From positions 1,600,001-1,664,000 of the forward strand of contig CAVXRD010000002.1 of the NCBI GenBank assembly GCA_963764165.1: 64,000 nt of DNA, written 5' to 3'. Below, piece by piece: positions 1-8,710 of the stretch. The notes under the pieces were generated by a model, which did no database searches, had not been told where the DNA came from, and saw only the letters and a program-made list of their open reading frames with translations. Source of the DNA: an uncultured Verrucomicrobiae bacterium. Its GTDB lineage: Bacteria; Verrucomicrobiota; Verrucomicrobiia; Limisphaerales; Palsa-1400. Position 1 is the stretch's first letter. Each line of letters opens with the position of its first letter. The position numbers were made by a program, and so were the translations under genes.

Positions 1-29
1 AGGGGCGTTATCTTCGAAACGGTGTCTTG

Positions 30-165
30 CCCTCTCGCCCCGCTTGCGGGGAGAGAGTTGGAGAGAGGGGAACTCGTAAATTAAATTGCCCGAACCACCG
101 TGTTTATTGGCGTGCCACTGATTCTGCAATCTCGGCGCCCCCCTCCCCGCAGGCGGGGCGAGGGA
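30..165. repeat. REP-like palindromic doublet (CCCTCTC...GAGAGG family)
   Basis: Two GC-rich hairpin arms, ccctctcgccccgcttgcggggagagagttggagagagggg and ccccctccccgcaggcggggcgaggg; a related element lies at 45174-45276. Confidence 0.6.
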
Positions 166-225
166 ACAGAAACTTCCCATGCGAGGGCTGCTTTTGGGTC
201 AGAGCGTCAGTAGTGCCAGCGCCAT

Positions 226-1524
226 TCACGGCTCGTCGGGGGCGTTGTCGTGGATTTGAAATTGGCGCGTGCTGTGGTTGGCGATTTGCAGTTTGCCGCG
301 AATGATGTTGTCGGAAATAACCGCCCGGCGAACTTCCGCGCCCAAATCCACTTGCGCCCGGTTTTTCTGAAATTCGCAGCCGCGAATGAGGAGATTCCCG
401 CCCGTCGCCTGCACCGCCGCGCGCCCCGTGCCGCCGTGATCCCAATCGCAAAAGGTGCAGTCTGAGAAGCCAACCGTCCCGCCGCCCGCAATTTTGGCGA
501 TTTGATTGCACGGCCCCCAGAACGCACAATTGGAAAATCTCACCACGCCGCGATGCGACGAACCGACCTCCACCATCGTCGGGTCCGGGCCGTGGAAGGC
601 GGTGAATTCGCCATTGGCAATCAGAATTCCGAAGGGAGCGGATTGCTCGACCTCGACGGCGGTGAAACAGTCGTCGGCCCCGATGCCGAGGAAGTTGCCG
701 TTGCATTCGCCGCGCGGGGTGTGGATGAATTTGTAGCCGACTTTGTAGCCGAAGCAGAAGGTGTTGAGCACGTATTCCCAGTCGCTGCGCCCGAAAATAA
801 AAGCCTCTCCGTTGGCGGCCTGCCATTTGTAAGCCGCCGCGCCTTCACCGCACCACCACGGATTGAAATGGATGTTTTCCAGGCGGCCAATGTCGTAAAT
901 ATCCGCCACATAAATTCCGCGCCGCAGCGGCTGCCCTGAGATGTTGCGCAGCAAATGGCGTTCGCTGCCGGAGGTATCGATGCCGTTGTAGGGATTCAGC
1001 AATTCGACATCGAGCACCGCCGGATTCTTCCCGCTGGCGGCGATGGAGTAGGGATAGGGCTTGGGCTCGGCGTCCGCTTTCTGCTCGGGATAATAAATCA
1101 CGACGCCGCTTAGCGTGGTGTTGTCATTGAGCATGATGAAGGGCGGGCCGGATTCGTGGCCGGCATTTTCGGTGACAAGAAACGTGGTGCCGTCATGGGT
1201 TGGCTTATCGCGATCGCCATTTCTGAAACCAAGATGCGACGGCACAGATTTCCACAGACCTTGCAGAGCAACGCCGTTGGGAACACTCAGATGCCCCGCA
1301 AAAAAGAAATTCCCGCGCCCTGCCTCGACCGTTCCGCCACCCGCCTTTCCCGCCGCGTCGAGCGCCTTCTGGAAAGCAGAGGTGTCATCCGTTGCGCCAT
1401 CGCCTTTGGCGCCAAAATCACGGACTGCAAAGACATTATTGCTCTGCGCAACCACAGATACGCCGCAAAACATCAGCATCGCCACAGCCAACCACAAAAC
1501 CACTGCCAATCGAAAAGCGCTCAT
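226..1524 (-). CDS. Secreted beta-helix protein, pectate lyase superfamily / GH28-related
   Basis: Signal peptide followed by VRDFGAKGDGATDDTSAFQKALDAA (Pectate_lyase_3 N-terminal motif); ATG 1524 preferred because the ORF extension to 1566 is repeat-derived. Confidence 0.8.
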   Translation of the reverse strand: MSAFRLAVVLWLAVAMLMFCGVSVVAQSNNVFAVRDFGAKGDGATDDTSAFQKALDAAGKAGGGTVEAGRGNFFFAGHLSVPNGVALQGLWKSVPSHLGFRNGDRDKPTHDGTTFLVTENAGHESGPPFIMLNDNTTLSGVVIYYPEQKADAEPKPYPYSIAASGKNPAVLDVELLNPYNGIDTSGSERHLLRNISGQPLRRGIYVADIYDIGRLENIHFNPWWCGEGAAAYKWQAANGEAFIFGRSDWEYVLNTFCFGYKVGYKFIHTPRGECNGNFLGIGADDCFTAVEVEQSAPFGILIANGEFTAFHGPDPTMVEVGSSHRGVVRFSNCAFWGPCNQIAKIAGGGTVGFSDCTFCDWDHGGTGRAAVQATGGNLLIRGCEFQKNRAQVDLGAEVRRAVISDNIIRGKLQIANHSTRQFQIHDNAPDEP

Positions 1525-1541
1525 AAACTCAAATACGGTGA

Positions 1542-1673
1542 GCCACAGATTGACACAGATCAACACAGATTAAAAACCGGGAAACAAAACCGGTCAGCAT
1601 GACATCATCGGCGCTCGGGCTGTCAACCGAAATGCTTTTCAGGAATCTGTGTTGATCTGTGCCAATCTGTGGC
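1542..1673. repeat. Palindromic element A: 30-bp inverted arms with 10-bp-period CAGAT units
   Basis: gccacagattgacacagatcaacacagatt (1542-1571) is a 29/30 reverse complement of aatctgtgttgatctgtgccaatctgtggc (1644-1673); 72-bp spacer. Confidence 0.9.
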
Positions 1674-1689
1674 CTATTTAATTCGGCCA

Positions 1690-2058
1690 ATGAGCGACGA
1701 ACGGGATCCAGTTACGCACGACATCATTGGCGCGGCGTTTGAGGTTTATCGGGTGCTGGGGTATGGCTTTCTCGAAAAAGTTTATCAGCGAGCTTTGCAG
1801 GCGGAATTGGTGCTTCGAAAGCGCAACGCTGGATTGGAGCATCGGATTCCCGTTCAATACAAAGGCGCAGTTGTCGGCGATTATGTCGCCGACCTTTTGG
1901 TGGAGGGTTCTGTGCTTGTGGAATTGAAGGTTGCCCCCGAATATCAGATTGCGGACGAAGCGCAACTGCTCAACCAGTTGAAAGCCACCCGTCTCAAGAT
2001 CGGATTGCTCATCAATTTTGGCCGCTCCAAGGTCGAGTTCAAACGAATGGTCTTCTGA
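1690..2058 (+). CDS. GxxExxY protein (PD-(D/E)xK nuclease superfamily)
   Basis: GFLEKVY motif, ADLLVEGSVLVELK nuclease core, QLLNQLKAT and GLLINFG C-terminal motifs; ATG at 1690. Confidence 0.93.
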   Translation: MSDERDPVTHDIIGAAFEVYRVLGYGFLEKVYQRALQAELVLRKRNAGLEHRIPVQYKGAVVGDYVADLLVEGSVLVELKVAPEYQIADEAQLLNQLKATRLKIGLLINFGRSKVEFKRMVF

Positions 2059-2061
2059 AAA

Positions 2062-2091
2062 AATCTGTGTTGATCTATGTGAATCTGTGGC
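2062..2091. repeat. Single 30-bp arm directly after the GxxExxY stop
   Basis: aatctgtgttgatctatgtgaatctgtggc; direct repeat (27/30) of 1644-1673. Confidence 0.9.
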
Positions 2092-2292
2092 TGTTTTGCC
2101 CCAAGTTGCGAAATATTGAGAAATAATTCGCTTTGCGTCCGGGGCCGGGGCATATTGCCCAAGTTCGTTAGATGGCTTAGTTCGTTTCAAGTCTGGAGAA
2201 TTCTCAAGTGAACTTGGTTCTGTGATGATTCGAAACCCGATTGTCGGGGACTATTTGGAGCAAAGGGTTTGTCTTTTAGAACATCACATAAC

Positions 2293-2601
2293 ATGAGTAA
2301 TAATAAATTGTTCGTTGGAAATCTTTCCTTCAACACCACCCAAAACGATCTTCAAGACAAGTTTTCCGCCCACGGCACCGTGCAGGAAGTCAACTTGATG
2401 ATGGATCGCGAAACCGGCCGCCCCCGCGGCTTCGGCTTCATCACCATGAGCACCGACGCTGAAGGCCAGGCCGCCATCGACGCGCTCAACGGCCAGACCG
2501 TTGATGGCCGCGCCCTGACGGTTAATGTTGCCAAGCCGCGCGAAGAGCGCAGCGGTGGCGATCGCCGCCCCTACAGTGGTGCGGGCCGATCCAGCCGATA
2601 A
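2293..2601 (+). CDS. RRM/RNP-1 RNA-binding protein
   Basis: KLFVGNLSF (RNP2), [10 protein letters not shown] (RNP1), Gly/Arg-rich tail. Confidence 0.93.
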   Translation: MSNNKLFVGNLSFNTTQNDLQDKFSAHGTVQEVNLMMDRETGRPRGFGFITMSTDAEGQAAIDALNGQTVDGRALTVNVAKPREERSGGDRRPYSGAGRSSR

Positions 2602-2621
2602 TACTCGGTAGAATATTTCAG

Positions 2622-2659
2622 GCGAGGATTGGGTAAAACCATTCCTCGTTCTTTTTTTT
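2622..2659 (+). terminator. Probable intrinsic terminator after the RRM gene
   Basis: Imperfect hairpin gcgaggattgg...ccattcctcgt followed by a T8 run. Confidence 0.6.
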
Positions 2660-2722
2660 CTGCTCGTGACCGGTTGGTTGCCGGAAACGGGCCATATTTT
2701 TAGCAGGTTACCGAAAAACAAC

Positions 2723-2947
2723 ATGACACAAGCAAAAGAGCAGCACATTGAAGTGGAAGGCGTGGTCGCGGTGGTCCTTCCCGGCACGATGTTCCGGGTT
2801 GAATTGTCGAACAAGCACATCGTGCTGGCGACGATTTGCGGCAAGATGCGCAAGCGCTGGGTGCGCCTGACCGTCGGCGACCGCGTGAAGCTGGAAATGT
2901 CGCCTTACGATTTGAACCGGGCGCGCATCACCTGGCGCCTCGGATAA
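2723..2947 (+). CDS. infA: Translation initiation factor IF-1
   Basis: [56 protein letters not shown]. Confidence 0.96.
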   Translation: MTQAKEQHIEVEGVVAVVLPGTMFRVELSNKHIVLATICGKMRKRWVRLTVGDRVKLEMSPYDLNRARITWRLG

Positions 2948-2970
2948 TCACGAAGGCCGTTGAGGCTGAG

Positions 2971-3113
2971 GCCGCAGATTGACGCAGATGAACGCAGATA
3001 AGAGGCCGAACCCAACTAACGTGGTTCGGTCACGCGCCGCCTCATTGGCCAGACGCGGGTTAAACAACCATTCTTTCAGAAACAATCTGCGTTGATCTGC
3101 GTCCCTCTGCGGC
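2971..3113. repeat. Palindromic element B (same 30-bp arm family)
   Basis: gccgcagattgacgcagatgaacgcagata (2971-3000) and aatctgcgttgatctgcgtccctctgcggc (3084-3113); 83-bp spacer. Confidence 0.85.
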
Positions 3114-3148
3114 TCTTTCCTCCCTCCGGAATTCTGCTATCTTGGAAG

Positions 3149-3781
3149 ATGCATTGTTTGATTAAGGAGTGGAGAACGGCCATCGTGTTTTTGACAGTAT
3201 GTTTGTGCGCCGGCTGTTCCAGCTTCACCTATTCTCCGGCTTATCCCGCATCCTATCCGCCATTGGCAAATCGGGCCGGCCTGGCCATTCAGCGGGGCAA
3301 AGATTTGCGCCCGCCGGACCGCATCACCCCAGGATGGTGCAAGCCCGCCGAGCCAATCGTCGCGCGCGCCCTGGCTGAAGAAGCGCGCCACGCGAATCTT
3401 TTTGAGCGCGTGAAAGTGCATCCCCGAGCCGCAAACCCCAACAAGTATCCGATTCTGGTCGAGTGTGACGTGATTAAATTCGATTGCGTGAACACAGCCA
3501 CCGTTTTCGAGAATATCGGACGGACCGTGCTGCAAGCGCAAGGGCTTCACGGCGCGCTCATCGCCGCCAGCATCCCCTCCGAATACACCTCCGAGATCGA
3601 GATCCGATTTCAAGTTCTGGACCCGGCGACTGGCCTCCCCAAATTCGCGAGGAACTACCGCGCCCAGCGCACAACGACCGCCAACGGATACCAGGGAAAA
3701 AAGCCCTTGATGCAACAAACCAGCGCCGCCTTGGAAGAAGTCATCGCCCAGTTCTTACGCGATCTGGCTAAGATGCCATAA
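3149..3781 (+). CDS. Hypothetical lipoprotein
   Basis: Hydrophobic N-terminus ending in lipobox-like CAGC; 210-aa ORF exactly between elements B and C. Confidence 0.7.
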   Translation: MHCLIKEWRTAIVFLTVCLCAGCSSFTYSPAYPASYPPLANRAGLAIQRGKDLRPPDRITPGWCKPAEPIVARALAEEARHANLFERVKVHPRAANPNKYPILVECDVIKFDCVNTATVFENIGRTVLQAQGLHGALIAASIPSEYTSEIEIRFQVLDPATGLPKFARNYRAQRTTTANGYQGKKPLMQQTSAALEEVIAQFLRDLAKMP

Positions 3782-3788
3782 CTCTTTT

Positions 3789-3927
3789 GCCGCAGATGGA
3801 CGCAGACTAAAAGCAATTCAGGCGGAACTCGACAAACACGGCTCGGACACACCCCGAGGTCTGGACAGACGCGTGTCAAACAATTATTCTTCAGAAAAAT
3901 CTGCGTTGATCTGCGTTAATCCGCGGC
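3789..3927. repeat. Palindromic element C (same family; spacer homologous to element B)
   Basis: gccgcagatggacgcagactaaaagcaatt (3789-3818) and aatctgcgttgatctgcgttaatccgcggc (3898-3927); spacer aligns by eye with the B spacer. Confidence 0.85.
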
Positions 3928-4599
3928 TAAACCCGGCCAGGAACGAGGATCGGAATCCGATAACACACGACCCCAGCGCTGCGGCTCTTGCACCCGCGCG
4001 GCGGCGGTTTTCCGTGGATCGATTTTATCCGCCAGCACATCTTCGATCACTTTTTCGGTCAGTTGCGACGGGTACCCAATCCACGCAATACGGCCTGCTT
4101 TGTTAATAATGACGGCGGTGGGGATGGTGTGGCCTTCGACTTTGCGCTTCCACCAGTGGCTCGCCATAAAACCATTTGTGTCCTGCGTCTTGTCATCCAT
4201 CGCGACGCGGTATGTCATCTTGCCGCCCATTTTTTTCACGAAAGGCTCCACGGCTTCGTCTTTGTCCCAGACGTTTTGGCCGATCACGATGACACCCTTG
4301 TCCTTGAATTTCTCCGCCAGCTCATTGAGATGCGGAATGGATACGAGGCAAGGTCCGCACCATGTGGCCCAGAATTCGACAATGTATACGTGGTCTGCAT
4401 CGAATTGCCGGACCGGCTCGCCTTGCACCCATTTGCCGACTTGGAGCGTGGGCGCGGGATCTCCGATGTTGAGCATCGCGCATTCCGCGCGCAGAGCAGC
4501 AAAGACCGTCATTCCGAGCAACAAAAAAATTCGATTTGAAAAAGGCAGATTTTTCATTTCGTTTCCATTCAATGCCATCCGCCAAACTTCGTCAACCAT
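3916..4599 (-). CDS. TlpA/ResA-like thiol-disulfide oxidoreductase (possibly C-terminally truncated)
   Basis: IGDPAPTL, VEFWATWCGPC motif, signal peptide; true start may be the downstream ATG (MKNLPF). Confidence 0.85.
   Translation of the reverse strand: MVDEVWRMALNGNEMKNLPFSNRIFLLLGMTVFAALRAECAMLNIGDPAPTLQVGKWVQGEPVRQFDADHVYIVEFWATWCGPCLVSIPHLNELAEKFKDKGVIVIGQNVWDKDEAVEPFVKKMGGKMTYRVAMDDKTQDTNGFMASHWWKRKVEGHTIPTAVIINKAGRIAWIGYPSQLTEKVIEDVLADKIDPRKTAAARVQEPQRWGRVLSDSDPRSWPGLAAD
3933..3989 (+). pseudogene. 5' remnant of a second GxxExxY gene
   Basis: cggccaggaacgaggatcggaatccgataacacacgac resembles cggccaatgagcgacgaacgggatccagttacgcacgac at 1684-1720; peptide NEDRNPITHDPSAAA vs SDERDPVTHDIIGAA; same position relative to the repeat arm. 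Confidence 0.65.
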
Positions 4600-4618
4600 T
4601 CAGAGGCGGGCTTTCAGG

Positions 4619-4800
4619 GCAGAGGCATCTTAATTCCAAGGCAGGGACGCCTCGCCGAGGCGCCCGGTTGCGCGGAAAGGTGCGAAGGGCTGCGGGAAAG
4701 CAGAGCCTCACCCCGGACGCCTCGGCGAGGCGTCCCTACCAATCAACAAGCTTGGCGCTCGTTGATTTTCAATAGATTACAAGAATTAAGATGCGTCTGC
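4619..4800. mobile_element. MITE-like element with 18-bp terminal inverted repeats enclosing a REP doublet
   Basis: gcagaggcatcttaattc (4619-4636) vs gaattaagatgcgtctgc (4783-4800), 17/18 complementary. Confidence 0.55.
4641..4740. repeat. REP doublet (REPIN-like), GGACGCCTCGCCGAGGCGTCC family
   Basis: gcagggacgcctcgccgaggcgcccgg ... ccggacgcctcggcgaggcgtccctacc; G(C/T)AG...CTAC ends. Confidence 0.85.
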
Positions 4801-4840
4801 GGTGGGCCGGCTTTAACGGACGGAGCATGATTGAATCGCG

Positions 4841-5398
4841 TCAGATTCCTGTTTCCATGCTTGCGGCGCTCACACCCGGCGGCACGACCCACCGCTGGCG
4901 GCGGGAGCGGCGTTTGACGGCGGGATGAACGACGCCGCGGACCGGTGCAACGGCATGCGCCGAGGGCGCAAGCTGCGGGGGGAAAACATTATGCGTCAGC
5001 CAAAAGTCGTGGATGGACCTGGCGATGCTCTCGAGTTTGCTGGCCTCGCTTGGCTTGGTTAGAAAGGCATTCGCTCCAAGCTTGTAGGCCGCCGAAATAT
5101 CCGTGCCCTCGGCAGAGGCGGACAGGATGATGACCGCGACCGATTCCAGGCGCTGCGAACGAATCCATTTCAGCACTTCAAGCCCCATTACCTGGGGCAA
5201 TTTCAAATCCAAGAGAATCACGCTCGGCAGCGGATGAGCCTCGCGATCCGCAAATTGGCCAGTGCCTTTCAGATAATCAATGGCCTCCTGGCCGTCTTCG
5301 GCGACGTGAATGGGATTCGTCACGCCGGCTTTTTTCAAGGCGTACTTGAGCAGGAAGACATCATTCGGGTCGTCTTCCACTTGGAGCAAACATTTCAT
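4841..5398 (-). CDS. Single-domain response regulator (CheY-like receiver)
   Basis: VEDD, LLDLKLP, GANAFLTKP receiver motifs. Confidence 0.9.
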   Translation of the reverse strand: MKCLLQVEDDPNDVFLLKYALKKAGVTNPIHVAEDGQEAIDYLKGTGQFADREAHPLPSVILLDLKLPQVMGLEVLKWIRSQRLESVAVIILSASAEGTDISAAYKLGANAFLTKPSEASKLESIARSIHDFWLTHNVFPPQLAPSAHAVAPVRGVVHPAVKRRSRRQRWVVPPGVSAASMETGI

Positions 5399-5399
5399 A

Positions 5400-7052
5400 T
5401 TATCCTTTTTTCAACTGGATCCAAAACTTGCTGCCTTTGTCCGGCTCGGATTCAAGTCCAAGGGTTCCGCCCATCCGGTCCATCGCCTTTCGCACAATGG
5501 TCAAACCTATGCCAGTTCCCTCGTAATCCGCGGCGGAATGGATTCTTTCGAACAAACGGAATATCCGGTCGTGATTTTCGCGGGAGATGCCTATGCCATT
5601 GTCCGCGAACCACACGCGGATGCTGTCCTTTCCAATGGCTTCGGCTGAAATGCTGACCTGCGGCGCGGTCCCCGGCGAAACAAATTTCGAGCCGTTGCTT
5701 AACAAATTGGTGATGCATTGCGCGATAAGCGCGCCGTTTCCCATGACCGCAGGCAGCGTGCCTTTGATCTGGAAATCAGGCTTGATCAGCTGGCCATTGG
5801 GAAAAGTCTCGATGATGTCGCGGGTCAGACGGTCCAGGTCCACCCGCTCCACGGGGGGTTTCGCATGGATGATCCTTGCGTAGCTCAAAACATCCTGGAT
5901 CAGCCGGTCCAGGCGCACGGACGAGCGCATGATCTGCTGCAGGTAGCTGATTCCCTGGGCGTCCAGTTTGGACTTGTAGTCATCAATCAGGTAGGACGCG
6001 AAGCTTTGCATGGCCCGCAAAGGGGCGCGCATATCATGGGAGACGCTGTAGGAGAATGCTTCCAGCTCGCTGATCGTTTCACGGAGCTCCGAGGTCCGTT
6101 TGGTGACGACCTGCTCCAAATGGCGGGCGTGGCGCGCCACCACGTTCTTTGCGGCCAGCAAATCCCGCGCGGTCTGCTTGCGTTCGGTAATGTCCCGAAT
6201 ATTGCATTGAATGACTTTTCTTCCGTTCTCCTCGTAGAGGTTGCTGACGAATTCCACTTCATGGCGCTGGCCGGTCTTGTTTTTCAGCGGCAAGTTTTCG
6301 TAGCGGATGAAATGTTTTTTCTGCAGCGCCAGGAAGGCTTTCCGGCTGCTTTTTTCGTCCTTGACCAACCCAATCTCCCAAAGCTCCCTGCCCACCAGCT
6401 CCTTGTAGGAGTAACCCAATAATTCTGACATGAAGGGATTGGCATCGGTGATCTTTCGCGTTTCCGGATCCAGTATCAAGATTCCATCCCGCGCCGCCTC
6501 AAACAGACGCCGGTAGCGGATCTCAGTATTGGCGATTGCGATCTGCGCATTGCGCCGGTCGGTAATGTCCTCAATGAAAAGAAGAATGCATTGGAGATGG
6601 TCCAGTTGGTGGCCGCTCAGCAACATCGTGCGGGTTCCAATATGCTCGAACCGGTGAGTCACTTCGAAATTTTTGAAGATGCTCTTGCGGGGCAGAACCT
6701 CCTCCAACAGGACGCGCAAGGCCGGAATGTTCCATTGCCCATTGCCAAGCTCGTAGACTCGGCGGCCCAGCGTCAGCCGGGGCGATATTTTGAAACAGTC
6801 GCAGAAGGATCGGTTGGCGGTCCTGACTTCAAGGTTCGATTCAAGAACCAGCAGCGGTCCCGCTTCGTCGACGATGGCTTCCGCGTAGTTCCGTGTGGCA
6901 AGCAGCTCCATTTCCAGAGCGGATGTTTTGTCGAGCTTTCTTCCTGCACGAAGGGAAACGGCCGTGACGGGAGGCTTGGTTTTTGTCATCCCGGCCAAAG
7001 AAACACCGGCTTTCGAGTCGCGGGCTTTCGCAAGTTTGGCCTTCCTAGTCAT
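5400..7052 (-). CDS. Cytoplasmic PAS-domain sensor histidine kinase
   Basis: Two PAS-like regions, H-box FSYSVSHDMRAPLR, NLLSNGSKF, DNGIGI, GTGIGL; start uncertain (ORF open to 7310). Confidence 0.9.
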   Translation of the reverse strand: MTRKAKLAKARDSKAGVSLAGMTKTKPPVTAVSLRAGRKLDKTSALEMELLATRNYAEAIVDEAGPLLVLESNLEVRTANRSFCDCFKISPRLTLGRRVYELGNGQWNIPALRVLLEEVLPRKSIFKNFEVTHRFEHIGTRTMLLSGHQLDHLQCILLFIEDITDRRNAQIAIANTEIRYRRLFEAARDGILILDPETRKITDANPFMSELLGYSYKELVGRELWEIGLVKDEKSSRKAFLALQKKHFIRYENLPLKNKTGQRHEVEFVSNLYEENGRKVIQCNIRDITERKQTARDLLAAKNVVARHARHLEQVVTKRTSELRETISELEAFSYSVSHDMRAPLRAMQSFASYLIDDYKSKLDAQGISYLQQIMRSSVRLDRLIQDVLSYARIIHAKPPVERVDLDRLTRDIIETFPNGQLIKPDFQIKGTLPAVMGNGALIAQCITNLLSNGSKFVSPGTAPQVSISAEAIGKDSIRVWFADNGIGISRENHDRIFRLFERIHSAADYEGTGIGLTIVRKAMDRMGGTLGLESEPDKGSKFWIQLKKG

Positions 7053-7426
7053 GGGGATTTCGGGCCTGGAGCTCGGGCTGGAGGCCTCGGGGCTGTTTTC
7101 CAGTTCCGCCCGACGCCATACAACGCCACGGTTGATGTGTTTGAATTCATTTGGGTACCTCGCAAGATGCGAACCTCGCAATAAATCTACGGCGGCGGAG
7201 AAAGCGTCACCATCCGGTGTTTCCAGAATACGCCTTTTGCCCGGGGCGCAAGGTGGACATGCCGGCAAGGGCCGCGCAACACCCTCCTCGAATTGATGCC
7301 CGGAAAACACCTAATGGTGGGACGCGGCATTTGTCGTATAACTCTTGTTGAACCTCGGTCAATGTGCGGTTCAGGATTGTGCCGCCCGTGATCGTCAGTG
7401 TCTTTTGAGCCTTAATTTTGAAATTT

Positions 7427-7711
7427 ATGAAAAAAAACACCAGTGATCTGAGTAATGAATTCAGCGCCCTCGTCGAGGACGCGGACGCCCTGATGAGGGC
7501 CACGGCGGATGTGGCTGGAGAACGAGTTGGAGAAGCCCGCAAGCGGCTCGCCAACGCGTTGAACAGCGCCTGCGAAAAATCCCGGGCTGGGGTGAAGGCG
7601 GCCGATGACGCTGTGCGTGAAAATCCTTATCAAGCCATCGCCATCGGGGTCGGCGTTGGCGCTGTCATTGGATTCTTTTTGGCGCGCAAGTGGGCGGCAC
7701 GCCGCGATTGA
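7427..7711 (+). CDS. DUF883 / ElaB-YqjD family membrane-anchored protein
   Basis: VRENPYQAIAIGVGVGAVIGFFL C-terminal motif. Confidence 0.88.
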   Translation: MKKNTSDLSNEFSALVEDADALMRATADVAGERVGEARKRLANALNSACEKSRAGVKAADDAVRENPYQAIAIGVGVGAVIGFFLARKWAARRD

Positions 7712-8025
7712 TCGAGTTGCGCGACTGCCGGCGCGGATGGGGAATTTCGAACGCAATTACGGCTCTTCACTGTTTCAGTGAAGTGCGATTTGTTTTTGTG
7801 TTCCTCTGCGCACTCATCTTCTTTGCGCGAGACAATTGACTCTCCTCGCCAAAAAAGAAATGACTCACCACCTGATACGAATAACACCTAATGGCAGCTA
7901 AGAGATCTTGGGCGCAAAGTCTGTCATGCCAACTAACGCAGTGCCGCAAATCGCCCAGCCAGCAAACGCGGCGGGTCATAAACAATGTCACACGACGCCT
8001 CAAAGCTGAATACACGCCTTTCAAT

Positions 8026-8229
8026 ATGAAACAAAATCAAGATCAGAAAAACACAAGTGAAGCCGCTGCCGCGGTCTCACCGGACGAAATAGCCAGGCAC
8101 GCTTACTTCGCCTACGTAAATGAAGGTTCGAGGCCTGGGCACGATGTGCAGCATTGGCTTCATGCCGAGGCAAAATTGCTCGCGGAGCGTGATCGCACGC
8201 GCATTCACGGGTTTCACAAAAACGGGTAA
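8026..8229 (+). CDS. DUF2934 family small protein
   Basis: EIARHAYFAYVNEGSRPGHDVQHWLHAE pattern. Confidence 0.8.
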   Translation: MKQNQDQKNTSEAAAAVSPDEIARHAYFAYVNEGSRPGHDVQHWLHAEAKLLAERDRTRIHGFHKNG

Positions 8230-8243
8230 ACGAAAACTAAATT

Positions 8244-8699
8244 ATGACTACACTCATTATTGACAGAGACTTGACCAAGCAGGCGCCCCACAGCCCGCGT
8301 GAGCGGCTCGCCGGCTTCGCCATCGCCAGCCGCGCCATTGACAAATGCCGCGCCAGCCTCGCCGGAAAACTGGGCGACTATCATTACGATTGCCCCCTGG
8401 ACAACATGCTCTTTGTTTTCAAAGGCATAAATGGCGCGCAGTTCAAGGCCGCGGTGCTGGCCTCGAAGAATTACGAGGATGTGGGCTCCTGGCTGCGCAC
8501 CAACGGCGAGCCGAAAACACCGAGTGAAATCCGAGAGTGGTCAGATCAAATGGAAGCAAGCAGTCCGATGGTGAATCCAGACCGCCGCGCCTCCTTTATT
8601 GAGAATTGCACCAAGCTCAAATTGAATCCTGAGACAAACACGACGTTCGATTGGCTCGAAGCCGACGATCGCCACAGCTTCCAGAGCATGCCGGCCTAA
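8244..8699 (+). CDS. DUF5069 family protein
   Basis: DLTKQAPHSPRERLAG..RAIDKCRA..LGDYHYDCPLD pattern. Confidence 0.8.
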   Translation: MTTLIIDRDLTKQAPHSPRERLAGFAIASRAIDKCRASLAGKLGDYHYDCPLDNMLFVFKGINGAQFKAAVLASKNYEDVGSWLRTNGEPKTPSEIREWSDQMEASSPMVNPDRRASFIENCTKLKLNPETNTTFDWLEADDRHSFQSMPA

Positions 8700-8710
8700 C
8701 CATTCCTCTT

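Noticed and set aside
1542..3927. 30-bp repeats as a CRISPR array
   Set aside because: Arms alternate in orientation, intervals are 72-880 bp and contain whole genes, and no cas genes are present.
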